A stretch of DNA of 64,000 nt, taken from contig CAVRCF010000005.1 of the NCBI GenBank assembly GCA_963719505.1, positions 1,056,001 to 1,120,000 of the forward strand. Direction: 5' to 3'. The notes under the pieces were generated by a model. The model was given only the letters and a program-made list of their open reading frames with translations, was not told where the DNA came from and searched no databases. A program made the position numbers and the translations under genes. The DNA comes from Halobacteriovoraceae bacterium. Lineage in GTDB: Bacteria; Bdellovibrionota; Bacteriovoracia; Bacteriovoracales; Bacteriovoracaceae. Below, piece after piece: positions 9,697 through 19,552 of the stretch. Every line of letters starts with the position of its first letter. Position 1 is the stretch's first letter.

Positions 9697-10119
9697 CTAT
9701 TTCGCTTTTTTAATTCCATTCACGATAATCATATTCACACTACTACTAGTAAAAACTTTTCCTTTTACAGCAACTTGTTCTTCAGCATATTTTAGAAATT
9801 TTTTATTTGTTTCTCTCAAGTCGGCATGGCCTTCACCTGAGATTTGATAAATCTTGTTGTCTTTAGTTAAAATACCTATTGGAAGTCCTTTTTCGGCACA
9901 ATCTTTAAAGCAATCTTTATGATTCGACCCTTTTGAATCGTGCTTTATATAGCAAGTTAACCCTACTAGTTGTCCAGAAATTAAAACATCAGCTTTTTCA
10001 ATTGAATCATGACTTGAACTCGCCGCTTTCCCTTTGGCATGTTCTTCGTCACCATGAGCAAAAACTGAACTTGTCGACACCAATACTAATAAAGAAAAGA
10101 TTGTTAATATTTTATTCAT
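9697..10119 (-). CDS. Secreted Cys/His-motif protein, possibly metal-binding OB-fold
   Basis: GGAGG RBS before MNKILT; signal peptide, AHGDEEH, GLTCY..H..HKDCFKDCAEKGLP motif. Confidence 0.65.
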   Translation of the reverse strand: MNKILTIFSLLVLVSTSSVFAHGDEEHAKGKAASSSHDSIEKADVLISGQLVGLTCYIKHDSKGSNHKDCFKDCAEKGLPIGILTKDNKIYQISGEGHADLRETNKKFLKYAEEQVAVKGKVFTSSSVNMIIVNGIKKAK

Positions 10120-10140
10120 ACTACCTCCGATGAAAAAACG

Positions 10141-10157
10141 ATACCCCCCAAGGGTAT
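10141..10157. promoter_or_regulatory. CsoR/RcnR-type operator
   Basis: ATAC-CCCCCAAGG-GTAT in the divergent intergenic region. Confidence 0.75.
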
Positions 10158-10285
10158 GCCCAAAAAAGAAAAAATACAATACCTTATCGTATTTAACTGT
10201 TATTCGGTAAATATTGATCCTATATTTACGAATTTTCTCCTCAAACGGACCTTTAATTATCAAAGGAAACCTAATAAGATTATGT

Positions 10286-11575
10286 ATGAAGAAAGACTCA
10301 AATGATCGGAATGAAGAGATAAGCGCAGAAACTCTAAATAAAGGGTGCTCATGCATCACTTTTGATAAAGAATTACTAAAGTCAAATTTCCCTACAAATT
10401 CGCTTAAATTTCATTTATTAGAAAACTTAATCTTAACTCATCCAACAATATTTTCCTCTATAGCTGTTTTTTTATCTAAAGCGAATTACGAAATAATAAC
10501 TCAAGTCATTTTTACGATTGAAAAAATAATTAGTTCATCCTTGTATCAAGAACAAAGTTTAAATAGAATCTCAGGAATTTCTCCATTTCATTTTGGTCCA
10601 AAAGGAGTTTTTATGGGTTACGACTTTCATATCTCGAGTGAAGGTCCAAAACTGATAGAAATCAATACAAACGCTGGAGGTGCGCTGTTGAGTCTAGAAT
10701 TAGCCAAAGCCCAACAGCGCTGTTGCATATCTCAGGACTTATACCACAAGTCTACAATTGAGCTTTCTAAACTTGAATCTATATTTATCGAAATGTTTAT
10801 TAACGAGTGGAAAAGTCAAAAGGGTAATATAAAAATGGGATTAGTCGCAATTGTCGACAATGAACCTGAATCACAATTTCTCTATCCAGAGTTTCAATTA
10901 TTTCAATACCTATTTTCAGAATATAGTATTCGCTCAATTATAGTTGCCCCTCGTGACTTAAAATGGACAAATGGAAATCTAACCTTCGGCAATGAAGTAG
11001 TCGATCTCGTCTACAATAGGTTAACCGATTTTTATTTCGAAGAAGAAGAAAATAGTGATCTTCTCAGTGCTTATAAATCAGGTTCTACAGTTTTTACGCC
11101 TTCCCCTATCCATCATGCTCTTTATGCAAACAAGTTAAACCTTATCAAACTTAGTAATAAGCATGCGCTAGATAAATTAAAGGTCTCCACAAAAGATCAA
11201 GAGATACTTTTAAAAGTTATCCCCGAAACGGAAGAAGTTCTAAAAGAAAACAATTTAGAATTATGGAGTAGAAGAAAATCACTATTTTTTAAACCTATTG
11301 CCGGTTATGGTAGTAAAGCTGCCTATCGCGGAGATAAAATCACAAGGAAAGTCTGGGAACACGTACTTAACAGTAGCTATATCGCTCAAAAAATTGTTCC
11401 ACCAGGAGAAAGACTTGTAACAGTTGATAATAATAAAACAAACCTCAAGTTAGATTTAAGAGCTTATGTTTTTGATGGCAAGATACAACTTATGTCGTCA
11501 CGACTTTATTCCGGTCAGACTACTAACTTCAGAACGGAAGGTGGAGGCTTCGCTCCAGTATTTATAATTCCATAA
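10286..11575 (+). CDS. ATP-grasp-like ligase (glutathione synthetase-like/circularly permuted type)
   Basis: GYDFH...GPKLIEINTNAGG, VYNR, FFKPIAGYGSK, YIAQKIV, DLRAY, NFRTEGGG motifs; start uncertain. Confidence 0.65.
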   Translation: MKKDSNDRNEEISAETLNKGCSCITFDKELLKSNFPTNSLKFHLLENLILTHPTIFSSIAVFLSKANYEIITQVIFTIEKIISSSLYQEQSLNRISGISPFHFGPKGVFMGYDFHISSEGPKLIEINTNAGGALLSLELAKAQQRCCISQDLYHKSTIELSKLESIFIEMFINEWKSQKGNIKMGLVAIVDNEPESQFLYPEFQLFQYLFSEYSIRSIIVAPRDLKWTNGNLTFGNEVVDLVYNRLTDFYFEEEENSDLLSAYKSGSTVFTPSPIHHALYANKLNLIKLSNKHALDKLKVSTKDQEILLKVIPETEEVLKENNLELWSRRKSLFFKPIAGYGSKAAYRGDKITRKVWEHVLNSSYIAQKIVPPGERLVTVDNNKTNLKLDLRAYVFDGKIQLMSSRLYSGQTTNFRTEGGGFAPVFIIP

Positions 11576-11688
11576 TAAATAGAAATATTAGGGAGACTCC
11601 AATTTGTTTTATATTCTTATTGGATTAAGAAATGTGTGGTTTAACTCTTATCAAGTCCTTTAAAAGATAAAGTTCCTATGCCTGCCAA

Positions 11689-13850
11689 TTACCAGATATA
11701 AGAAATTCCGGCTCCTGCTCCAAAACGGCTTTCATAACTTGTAAAAATGGATAGATTCTTTGTTGCAATATATTCAAGGCCCAGGTTCCAGACATAATCT
11801 TTTTCCCAAGTAGTTATTATCTGGCAACTGTTCTTTCCAACCAAAATCATTCGTAACTTCCCAGTACCCATAAATTGCAACTCTTGAAAAAAGTAAGTAA
11901 TCCACATCGAAAGAGAGTTGAAGGTTTAAATCAGAGTCAATTCTCACATTTGAATCTACAAAGTAAGGTAAGAGCCATTTAATACCTAACGTTCCAACCG
12001 TCTCAGTCGCATCAAGTTCTTCCTCTACCTTATTTTCTGTATTTGCTCCTAAATAAACTCTAAAGTAATCAGATAAAAAACGATCATAACTTATATCCGC
12101 CTCTAGGTTTTTATTCCAACCGTATTCAGCACCGAGGTTCAATTGATTTCGTGTGTTTGAACTTGTTATTTCAATTGAACTATAATGACTTGCAGCTTTT
12201 GTCTCGGCCCATGTATACCAATGCTTATCCATGTCTAAAACATTTGATAAGTGCAAAATTATCTAACCTTGAATCTCTCTTGTCTCCATAACTAAAGATT
12301 CGCGCCATCCCTCCCTTCATATGGTAGAGAACGTGGCAGTGAAAAAACCAATCTCCCGCTTCATTTGCTGGAAATTCAATAGTTACTGACTTCATAGGTT
12401 CAACGTCTACAGTATGCTTAAGAGGAGAATATTCTCCATTTTTATTTAACACTCTGAAAAAATGTCCGTGCAGATGCATCGGATGGTGCATCATCGTTTT
12501 ATTATTTAACACAATTCGAATTACTTCACCTCGTCTAATCTTAATCTTATCGACTTCTGATAAAGTTTTCCCGTTTAAACTCCAGACATAGCGCCACATA
12601 TTTCCCGTAAGATTTAATTTAATATTTCTGACATTATTATCAGAGAGGTTTGTTTTGACAGGAGACTTTAAAATATCATAACTAAATTCTGCCTTATTAG
12701 AGTTCATCTTCTCATCCACTTCCATGTCATCACTTTTCATATTATGATCCATCATTTTATGTGATGAGTGGTCCATCTTTTTCATATTAGACATTGAGTG
12801 ATCCATTTCCATACCAGAACTCATATCCATGTTGTGATTCATGCCACCTGAGTTTTTCGTTCTCTCAATATAATCAGGAGCTTTTACGACCATCGCTTTA
12901 TGGACTTTACCACGGCCAAGTATTGCAGTGGTAAAACCCGAACCATCTTGAGCCGAAGCCCTAAATTCAATACTTCCGGCGCTAGGAATTGTAACAATAT
13001 AATCATAAGTCTCGGCAATTGCATGGAGTACTTTTGATGTCTTAACTGGAACAACATCGACACCATCAGAGGAAACCAACTTTGCATTAGCATCTCCAAT
13101 TGTCGTCCAGAAATAAGTTGAAGCTGCTGCATTTATAACTCTAACTCGAACTCTTTCACCGGCTTTTAATTCGGGGTACTGAATCCTCTTTTTACCATTA
13201 ATTAAAAATGCATCATAATAAACATCAGAAATATCTATTCCCGGCATTCTCATTTTCCAAAGCCCTAAAAGACCGCCTAAGGCTCCATTTGAGATTGCAT
13301 CAGCGATACTAACAGCCGTTTTCTTTTTTATGCTGTACCAATCACTCCCTCTTTTTAGAGTTCGCAAAACCTCATTTGGATTTTCATCTGTCCAATCAGA
13401 TAGTACAAGCACAAGATCTCTATCATATTTTAACTTTTGATTTTTAGGTTTAATAACAATTGAGCCATAAACGCCTTGTTGCTCCTGTAAACCTGTATGC
13501 GAGTGATACCAATATGTCCCCGAATGTGATATTGGAAAACGGTATGAAAACGTCTCACCGGGCCTAATAGGTGGTGTTGTTAAGTAAGGCACGCCGTCTT
13601 GAAAGTTAGGTAAAATGAGCCCATGCCAATGAATAGAGGTCTCAACATCCATATTATTAGTGACATTAATCTCAGCAGTGTCCCCCTCTGTGAATGTTAA
13701 TACCGGTCCCGGAATAGAATCATTTATGGCCATTCCCACTCTTTCTTTACCAGAGAATGAAACATTTTTTTCATCTATTGTAAGATCATAGCTTTTTGCA
13801 AAACTAGAAAGGCTTATAAGAATTGAAAGCATAAGAATGAGTAACTTCAC
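11689..13850 (-). CDS. CopA/PcoA-family multicopper oxidase with C-terminal beta-barrel-like domain; two frameshifts (about 12250 and 11810)
   Basis: HWHG, YWYHSH, HPMHLHGH, FFHCHVLYHM copper motifs; Met/His-rich insert; GTG start with GGAG RBS; barrel-like C-terminus continues in ORFs 11774..12256 and 11689..11907, ending SYIW. Confidence 0.8.
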
Positions 13851-13955
13851 ATTTTTCTCCAAATTGTATTTTTGAATTAGAATCTTTTGAGACTCTTTTA
13901 TCCAATTATTAATCACTTTAATTTCGGCTACCGTTAATTTATAGTCCAAGTGCAT
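13851..13955 (-). pseudogene. Relic of the C-terminus of a Haem_bd-type gene
   Basis: HLDYKLTVAEIKVINNWIKESQKILIQ aligns with HWDSGLTENEIFEVNKWIKDSKLILRQ of 9163..9693. Confidence 0.55.
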
Positions 13956-14138
13956 CTGTCTATAATTGCTCTATTAGTAAGGTGTAATATAAGATTGCAC
14001 ATTACGTAATATAAAACAAAAAGACTTACCATCAATATAAGAAACCAGCTCCTATATTGAATCACCCTAATGGCTAGACAAAACTGATTTCTCCGGACTT
14101 AAAACTTATTTAAAGCCTGCGTTCTACAAACAATTCTT

Positions 14139-14609
14139 TTAATATTTTTCAAATATTTTTGTGTGTCCTGTACTATCAAAAGAATAAACATTGAACTTCT
14201 CTTTATGTTTTCCATACTCCATTCCGGGACTTCCCATGGGCATATCAGGAACAACTAAACCTTTTTTACGATTTACATCTTCAAGAAATTTTTTGATGCT
14301 AGCGGCAGGAACATGTCCTTCAAAAACAAATTTCCCCATAACAGCGGTGTGGCAACTTCTTTTATCTTGCGGAACACCTAAGGAGTCCTTCATTTCTGAT
14401 AAGTTATCAATTGGTTTTTCTGTTAGTTTGAATCCATTATCCCTCATATGCTCAACCCACTTAGTGCAACATCCACAACTAGGATTTTTATAAACAATCA
14501 TTTCTTGCTCTAAGTATGAAGTTTCAGTTGTTGTTTTTGAAGTAGGAGCATCATTTGTGCAAGACACTCCAACAAACAATAAAAAGACTAAAATTAAATT
14601 TTTTCTCAT
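14139..14609 (-). CDS. DUF411/CopG-type periplasmic metal-binding lipoprotein
   Basis: YKNPSCGCCTKW, SCHTA, EGHVPA, MPMGSPGME motifs; lipobox VGVSC. Confidence 0.85.
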   Translation of the reverse strand: MRKNLILVFLLFVGVSCTNDAPTSKTTTETSYLEQEMIVYKNPSCGCCTKWVEHMRDNGFKLTEKPIDNLSEMKDSLGVPQDKRSCHTAVMGKFVFEGHVPAASIKKFLEDVNRKKGLVVPDMPMGSPGMEYGKHKEKFNVYSFDSTGHTKIFEKY

Positions 14610-14746
14610 ACCAACTCCCTGTTTGAAAAATCTTTTGTAATATTTATAATCTGAAAGCATTTCAATTTTGGATAATTTCCCACTCTCTCATCAATAAGGT
14701 TATTGACTATTTGTTGTAAATTAATTAAATTGTATTCATAGGCACC

Positions 14747-14763
14747 ATACCCCCCACTGGTAT
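14747..14763. promoter_or_regulatory. CsoR/RcnR-type operator
   Basis: ATAC-CCCCCACTG-GTAT upstream of the DUF411 gene. Confidence 0.7.
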
Positions 14764-14981
14764 ACGATGTATATGACTTTTATCAATTTTAAGAAGTAAG
14801 AGTTGTAATCGATATCTACGCATTGCTAAATGCCCAAAAGTAATTTAATCTACAAATGTGAAAGATGAAAGATCATATAGAACATTTAAGAACAAACATC
14901 CTGACAAAGCAGAGCTGTTTAATATTAATTTGGCATACAACTCGCGGTGATGATAATCTCAGGCTATTCAAAGGAGACAAA

Positions 14982-15479
14982 ATGAAGTTACTCATTATAT
15001 TCACACTTTTATTACAAGCTAATATCAGTTTCGCACTTAATAAGTCTATATCTATAGATGTAGAGCTATCCCCTGCCGGCTCTTTTAAAATAAAGTCTAA
15101 TCGAATTAAAGGAAAAGTTTATCTAAAAGATGGAAGCCTTGAAGCTAATGATATAAAAATATTAGTTAAAAACCTTAAAACAGGTATAGACCTTAGAGAT
15201 GAGCATTTAAAGAAAAAGCTTGGGATTGAAAATGATCCTAAAGCGGCTCTAAATTTGATCTCTGCGCAAGGAAAAAATGGAACTGGAAAAGGTATTTTTA
15301 AAGTCCTAGGAAAAACTCAACAGTCAACATTCACTTACAAAAAAGTTGGAAACTCCGAGATAGCCGCTTCTTTCACGCTAAGTCTCAAGGAATTTGGAAT
15401 TGATGGTGTTAGTTATATGGGTATAGGAGTCCAGGACATAGTTACAATAAATATAACCTTACCATATATAGAAAAGTAA
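14982..15479 (+). CDS. YceI-family periplasmic protein
   Basis: LKTGIDLRDEHL motif, signal peptide, AAGGAG RBS; sigma54-like TGGCA-TACAACTC-GC near 14931. Confidence 0.75.
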   Translation: MKLLIIFTLLLQANISFALNKSISIDVELSPAGSFKIKSNRIKGKVYLKDGSLEANDIKILVKNLKTGIDLRDEHLKKKLGIENDPKAALNLISAQGKNGTGKGIFKVLGKTQQSTFTYKKVGNSEIAASFTLSLKEFGIDGVSYMGIGVQDIVTINITLPYIEK

Positions 15480-15569
15480 TATTTTTCATTTCAAAGAAAG
15501 CATTTATCCTCCGTTAAGAGGTAGACGCCAAGAGTGAGGTCGCGAAAAAGAGTTAGTATTCTTATAATG

Positions 15570-17132
15570 CTATATTTCTTTAGAGTTATTAGAGAGACAC
15601 TGAATAGGTGAATTTTTCTTAATATAATCCTCCATAATGTCCCAATAAAAGATCCCAGTATGATGAAAGTATGGCAGCTTGTTCTTTAGCTTTCTAGGAA
15701 CTAAAGATCTTAAAGTATGTGCAACTTCCAAAGGCATTGATAATGAATATAATTTATTTCGCTTTACCTTTTTATTACCAACTCTAAGTTTCCAAATTAA
15801 AGTTCTTCCTCCAATAATTGGAACTCTACGAGGTACTACCCACCTCTTAAAGCTAATGCCATCAAGATTGAGTCCAGCTGTCATGGAACTGTTTTGGAGT
15901 ACGATCATAAGCAACTTTAAATACTTACCGTGAATTGAAAACTTAGTTATCTCCCATCCATTATCTTCATATTTACCTAAGTGAGGAAAGTTATCAATCA
16001 TATCAATAAATCGAATTGGCCCTGCAGGAATAAAATCTCCCTCAAAATTTGCCAAATGAAGTCCTACATCAGAGTCAAGAGCTTCTTTTTGCATCCTTGC
16101 CATATGTTTTCCCCAACATGATGGTCGCAGCACCAGAACACCATTTTGAAAGCCCGAAAGATCAATTTTACTGTATCCTATCACTTGCTCAAGATTACGA
16201 TCAAAGTATTTTGATAAGTTATTATATGCTTTTTGTACAAATAACTTAATTCCTACATCTTCAGTTGTATCCTCTTCTATTGGAATTAAATTATATTTTA
16301 AAACTTTAACTGGCTTGCCCCTGACAACATCAATTAAAAGAGAGCCAACATATCGTGAGTTTGATCCAGCTTGCACTATGGGAATTGGTTGGTTCATTTT
16401 ATTAAAAATTATTTTTTCTTCGTTTAAAGCAGTATGACTATGTCCACCAATAATAAGATCAATGTTCTTTGATTTTGCAGCTAATTTTTTATCTTCACTT
16501 AAACCTATATGTGTTAATGCAATGACTAAGTCTTTGCCTTCACTTTTGGCCTTGTCTGCCTGATCATTACCAACTTTTAAATATGGTGCAATATGTCCAG
16601 GTTTTATAGGATATTGAAAATGGGGAGCAGAAGTTGTTAGTCCTATTACCCTTATGGAAATCTTATTCTTAGTTGTATCAAAAAAAGGTTTTACAGTATC
16701 ACCAATATTCATTTCAGGTGTTGCATGCAAGTTTGCTGATATAATTTGGGTCGATATATTGGCACGATTTATTTGTGAACTAAGTACATCTCCCCCTAAC
16801 ATATAATCATGATTTCCAAGGACACTAACCTCAACACCAAGTTTTTCTAATGCTTTAAAAGAATCGACTCCTTCATTTGATAAGAAAAATGATGTCCCCT
16901 CTCCAAAGTCTCCTGCATCAACTTGCAAAACTTCAATATTATTATTTTTTGCTTCTTCGTGAATAGTATTAATTATCGACTTTACTTTTGCATACCCTCC
17001 GCTACCAACACGAGGTCCCTTAAAGTAAGAGTGTAAGTCGTTTGTATGGATAATTTGTAATAATTTGCAATGTCCGACTGTGGGATAGCAAAAGAAAAAT
17101 AATAAAAAAATGATATACTTCAATTTTTCCAC
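15570..17132 (-). CDS. 5'-nucleotidase-type bifunctional metallophosphatase
   Basis: HTNDLH, DAGD, LGNHD, ALTHIG, GGHSH motifs; signal peptide. Confidence 0.85.
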   Translation of the reverse strand: MEKLKYIIFLLFFFCYPTVGHCKLLQIIHTNDLHSYFKGPRVGSGGYAKVKSIINTIHEEAKNNNIEVLQVDAGDFGEGTSFFLSNEGVDSFKALEKLGVEVSVLGNHDYMLGGDVLSSQINRANISTQIISANLHATPEMNIGDTVKPFFDTTKNKISIRVIGLTTSAPHFQYPIKPGHIAPYLKVGNDQADKAKSEGKDLVIALTHIGLSEDKKLAAKSKNIDLIIGGHSHTALNEEKIIFNKMNQPIPIVQAGSNSRYVGSLLIDVVRGKPVKVLKYNLIPIEEDTTEDVGIKLFVQKAYNNLSKYFDRNLEQVIGYSKIDLSGFQNGVLVLRPSCWGKHMARMQKEALDSDVGLHLANFEGDFIPAGPIRFIDMIDNFPHLGKYEDNGWEITKFSIHGKYLKLLMIVLQNSSMTAGLNLDGISFKRWVVPRRVPIIGGRTLIWKLRVGNKKVKRNKLYSLSMPLEVAHTLRSLVPRKLKNKLPYFHHTGIFYWDIMEDYIKKNSPIQCLSNNSKEI

Positions 17133-17367
17133 CTTTTGTTCTACTAGCTAAGAAACTCCATACATGCTTGTTGGTAACACAAGAATACCTCACCTTGGGT
17201 ACAGTTATAAAGATGGAAAATAAGTCGATATACTTTTGAATTAAACAATTATTAAGAAAATTTTACGGACTGTAGTCCAAAAATATCTTGAGAATGTACC
17301 CTTTGCCACAAAGCAGCCACATAAAACCAAGGCAAGATAGATGATATCAACTACTTAGATATTATAA

Positions 17368-17810
17368 GCGTAATTGACAATTTGGCAGTCAGAACAATGA
17401 CTCCTGCTCCGATCATTACACCAGTCTCCATTGAGACGGTACCAAGCAAAGAAATATTACTCTTTTGAATCCGACTTGTCTAAAACAGGCTCCTCAGTAA
17501 AAAAGATATAAACTTCAATAATATTTTTTACTACTGAGGTACACCATGGGGATATAATTCTCATCTTTAGAAAGTCTCTAGTTACTTTTTAACATTTTAT
17601 TATTTTGCCTTTAATCCAATTTAGAGAATTACTCTATTAATTGAAGTTTTAGTTTTTTATTTTTCAAGGTTTTTCCATTAGCCAATCAAGTCTTCTTCTT
17701 CTTTGGCTTCCTATTATTTTTAGGATGAAACTGAGTTCCAAAATTCGGACTACGTCAAACTCCATTGATTTTGAAATTTTCCCATCATTTGCAAAAAAAT
17801 TAATTTTATC
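17368..17810 (-). pseudogene. Decayed duplicate of about 1311-1755 (permease 5' end, operator, C26 3' end)
   Basis: Colinear matches such as atcattacaccagt, accaagcaaagaaatattact, aggctcctca, tacaccatgggg, aggatgaaactg, caaactccattga. Confidence 0.85.
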
Positions 17811-17971
17811 TGTGGGCACCTATGTTTTTGAGGGATTCAACCCAACAAAACATATCGATTTGATCCTTGTTGTTACAGCGAGGTTTTATAATTATGTCGA
17901 CGCAACCTTTGCCTTTTCACGTGGAAACTGACTACTTCGTAACTAAGATTTTTTCAATTATTATAATTATG

Positions 17972-18910
17972 TTAATGAACACAAGTCCTTTCTTCAATAA
18001 TTAGATGTTCTATGTCAAACTTACTTAATATAATATCTCTATAATATTCACTCCCCTTTAGTGAGTTATTATAAATGACAACCTCACAGGCATGGGCACT
18101 CGGAGCAATTCTCCATATATGTAAATCTGTTACCTCTACCTCCTTATCTTCTGTAAAAAGTGATTTAATCGCATCAGCATCTATTAACTTTGAATTTCCA
18201 TCAAGTAGCTCCCATACAGTAGCCTTACAAAGACCGTAGGCCCATTTCAATATAACGAGAGAACCGACGATTCCCATAACTGGATCTGCCCAAGTCCAAC
18301 CGTAATACTTACCAAGGACTAAAGCTACAATTGCTAAGACAGAGGTAAATGCATCAGCAATAACATGAACAAGAGCACTTTTATGATTATGATCATGCAC
18401 ATGATCGTCATGGTGATGATGTTTGTGACTATGGTCATGCCCATGATGATGATCGTGATCTCCAGATAACAATAATGCACTTACAAGGTTTACAATAAGC
18501 CCAAGAATTGAAACTCCAATCGCTGTTGTAAAATTTATTTGTTCAGGGTTCAGAAAACGATGAAAGGATTCAACTCCCATGAATATTGCAACTAATCCAA
18601 GCATTAATGCACTTGTATAACCTCCTAACGGAATGAACTTACCTGCTCCAAAAGTAAATTTTGAATTAAGCTTTTCTGATCTTGCTAGTTTATATGCAAT
18701 AACTGAAATACCTAAAGCTCCAACGTGGCTGGCCATATGCCAACCATCAGCGAGTAAAGCCATTGATCCAGTAATATAACCAAAATAAACTTCTACTATC
18801 ATTGTTACAAAAGTCAGTAAGACCACAAAAATGGTTCTTTTTTCATTGGAACCAATTTTATCATCTTGGATTACATAATCATGTGTATGAGTGTGTGATG
18901 CGTGTGACAT
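17972..18910 (-). CDS. dmeF: CDF-family Co/Ni efflux transporter, DmeF-like
   Basis: SMALLADGWHMASH, His-rich loop, HVIADAFTS, DLHIW motifs. Confidence 0.85.
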   Translation of the reverse strand: MSHASHTHTHDYVIQDDKIGSNEKRTIFVVLLTFVTMIVEVYFGYITGSMALLADGWHMASHVGALGISVIAYKLARSEKLNSKFTFGAGKFIPLGGYTSALMLGLVAIFMGVESFHRFLNPEQINFTTAIGVSILGLIVNLVSALLLSGDHDHHHGHDHSHKHHHHDDHVHDHNHKSALVHVIADAFTSVLAIVALVLGKYYGWTWADPVMGIVGSLVILKWAYGLCKATVWELLDGNSKLIDADAIKSLFTEDKEVEVTDLHIWRIAPSAHACEVVIYNNSLKGSEYYRDIILSKFDIEHLIIEERTCVH

Positions 18911-18918
18911 ATTTCTTC

Positions 18919-19197
18919 CTATTTCCAGTAAGTTTTTAATAATTTTATAAGTTCTAGTGAAGATTTATCCTTAGCTGACTTTGGATTCGTTTTATTTGTC
19001 ATAACATGCTCTTTAATATGATCTTCCACAAGAGACCCCATTAATCCATTTAAACCACCTCGACATGCACTAAGCGTTTGTAAGACCTCAAAACAATCCT
19101 TACCCTCTACAAGTCCTCTTTCTACTGCTTCAAGCTGTCCTTTAATTCTCTTAATTCGTGAAATGATCTTTTTGTTATCTTCAGCTAAATGCCCCAT
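18919..19197 (-). CDS. CsoR/RcnR-family metal-sensing repressor, RcnR/DmeR type
   Basis: RIKRIKGQLEAV...C35...H60..H64 plus H3, giving the H-C-H-H fingerprint; co-oriented with the CDF gene. Confidence 0.9.
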   Translation of the reverse strand: MGHLAEDNKKIISRIKRIKGQLEAVERGLVEGKDCFEVLQTLSACRGGLNGLMGSLVEDHIKEHVMTNKTNPKSAKDKSSLELIKLLKTYWK

Positions 19198-19220
19198 AGG
19201 AATCCTTTGACTTACAATAC

Positions 19221-19239
19221 TATACTATACCCCAGTATA
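19221..19239. promoter_or_regulatory. RcnR/DmeR autoregulatory operator
   Basis: TATACT-ATACCCC-AGTATA directly upstream of the regulator. Confidence 0.8.
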
Positions 19240-19552
19240 TTATATTTATTAAAGATCAAAGTAAAGTATGCTCCCTTAGCATTGATCTTTAATCAACACT
19301 CAATTGCCTTTAAATCAATCTCAATATTAACGCCCTCAATTAAGTAATTAATTTCATTCGCAAGATTCAAACTCAAAAGTTGGCATCATTCTTGACTTAC
19401 AAATGCTAAACACAAGGAGTGAACATGAATCAATATTTTTCAATTGCAGGAAACAAAATTCCAATCGAATTCAAAAATCTTTACGAAGAAGTCTCACGAG
19501 ACTTTTGAGAGAAAAGTTATGGGTGCAATAAAAACTAAAAAGGAGAACAAGA

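Noticed and set aside
10120-10359. Long N-terminal extensions of the divergent ORFs 9697..10359 and 10214..11575
   Set aside because: They overlap each other and the operator; a downstream start with RBS and signal peptide (10119) and a plausible ATG (10286) fit better
17725-17931. 68-aa ORF
   Set aside because: Largely antisense to the decayed C26 duplicate; no coding signal
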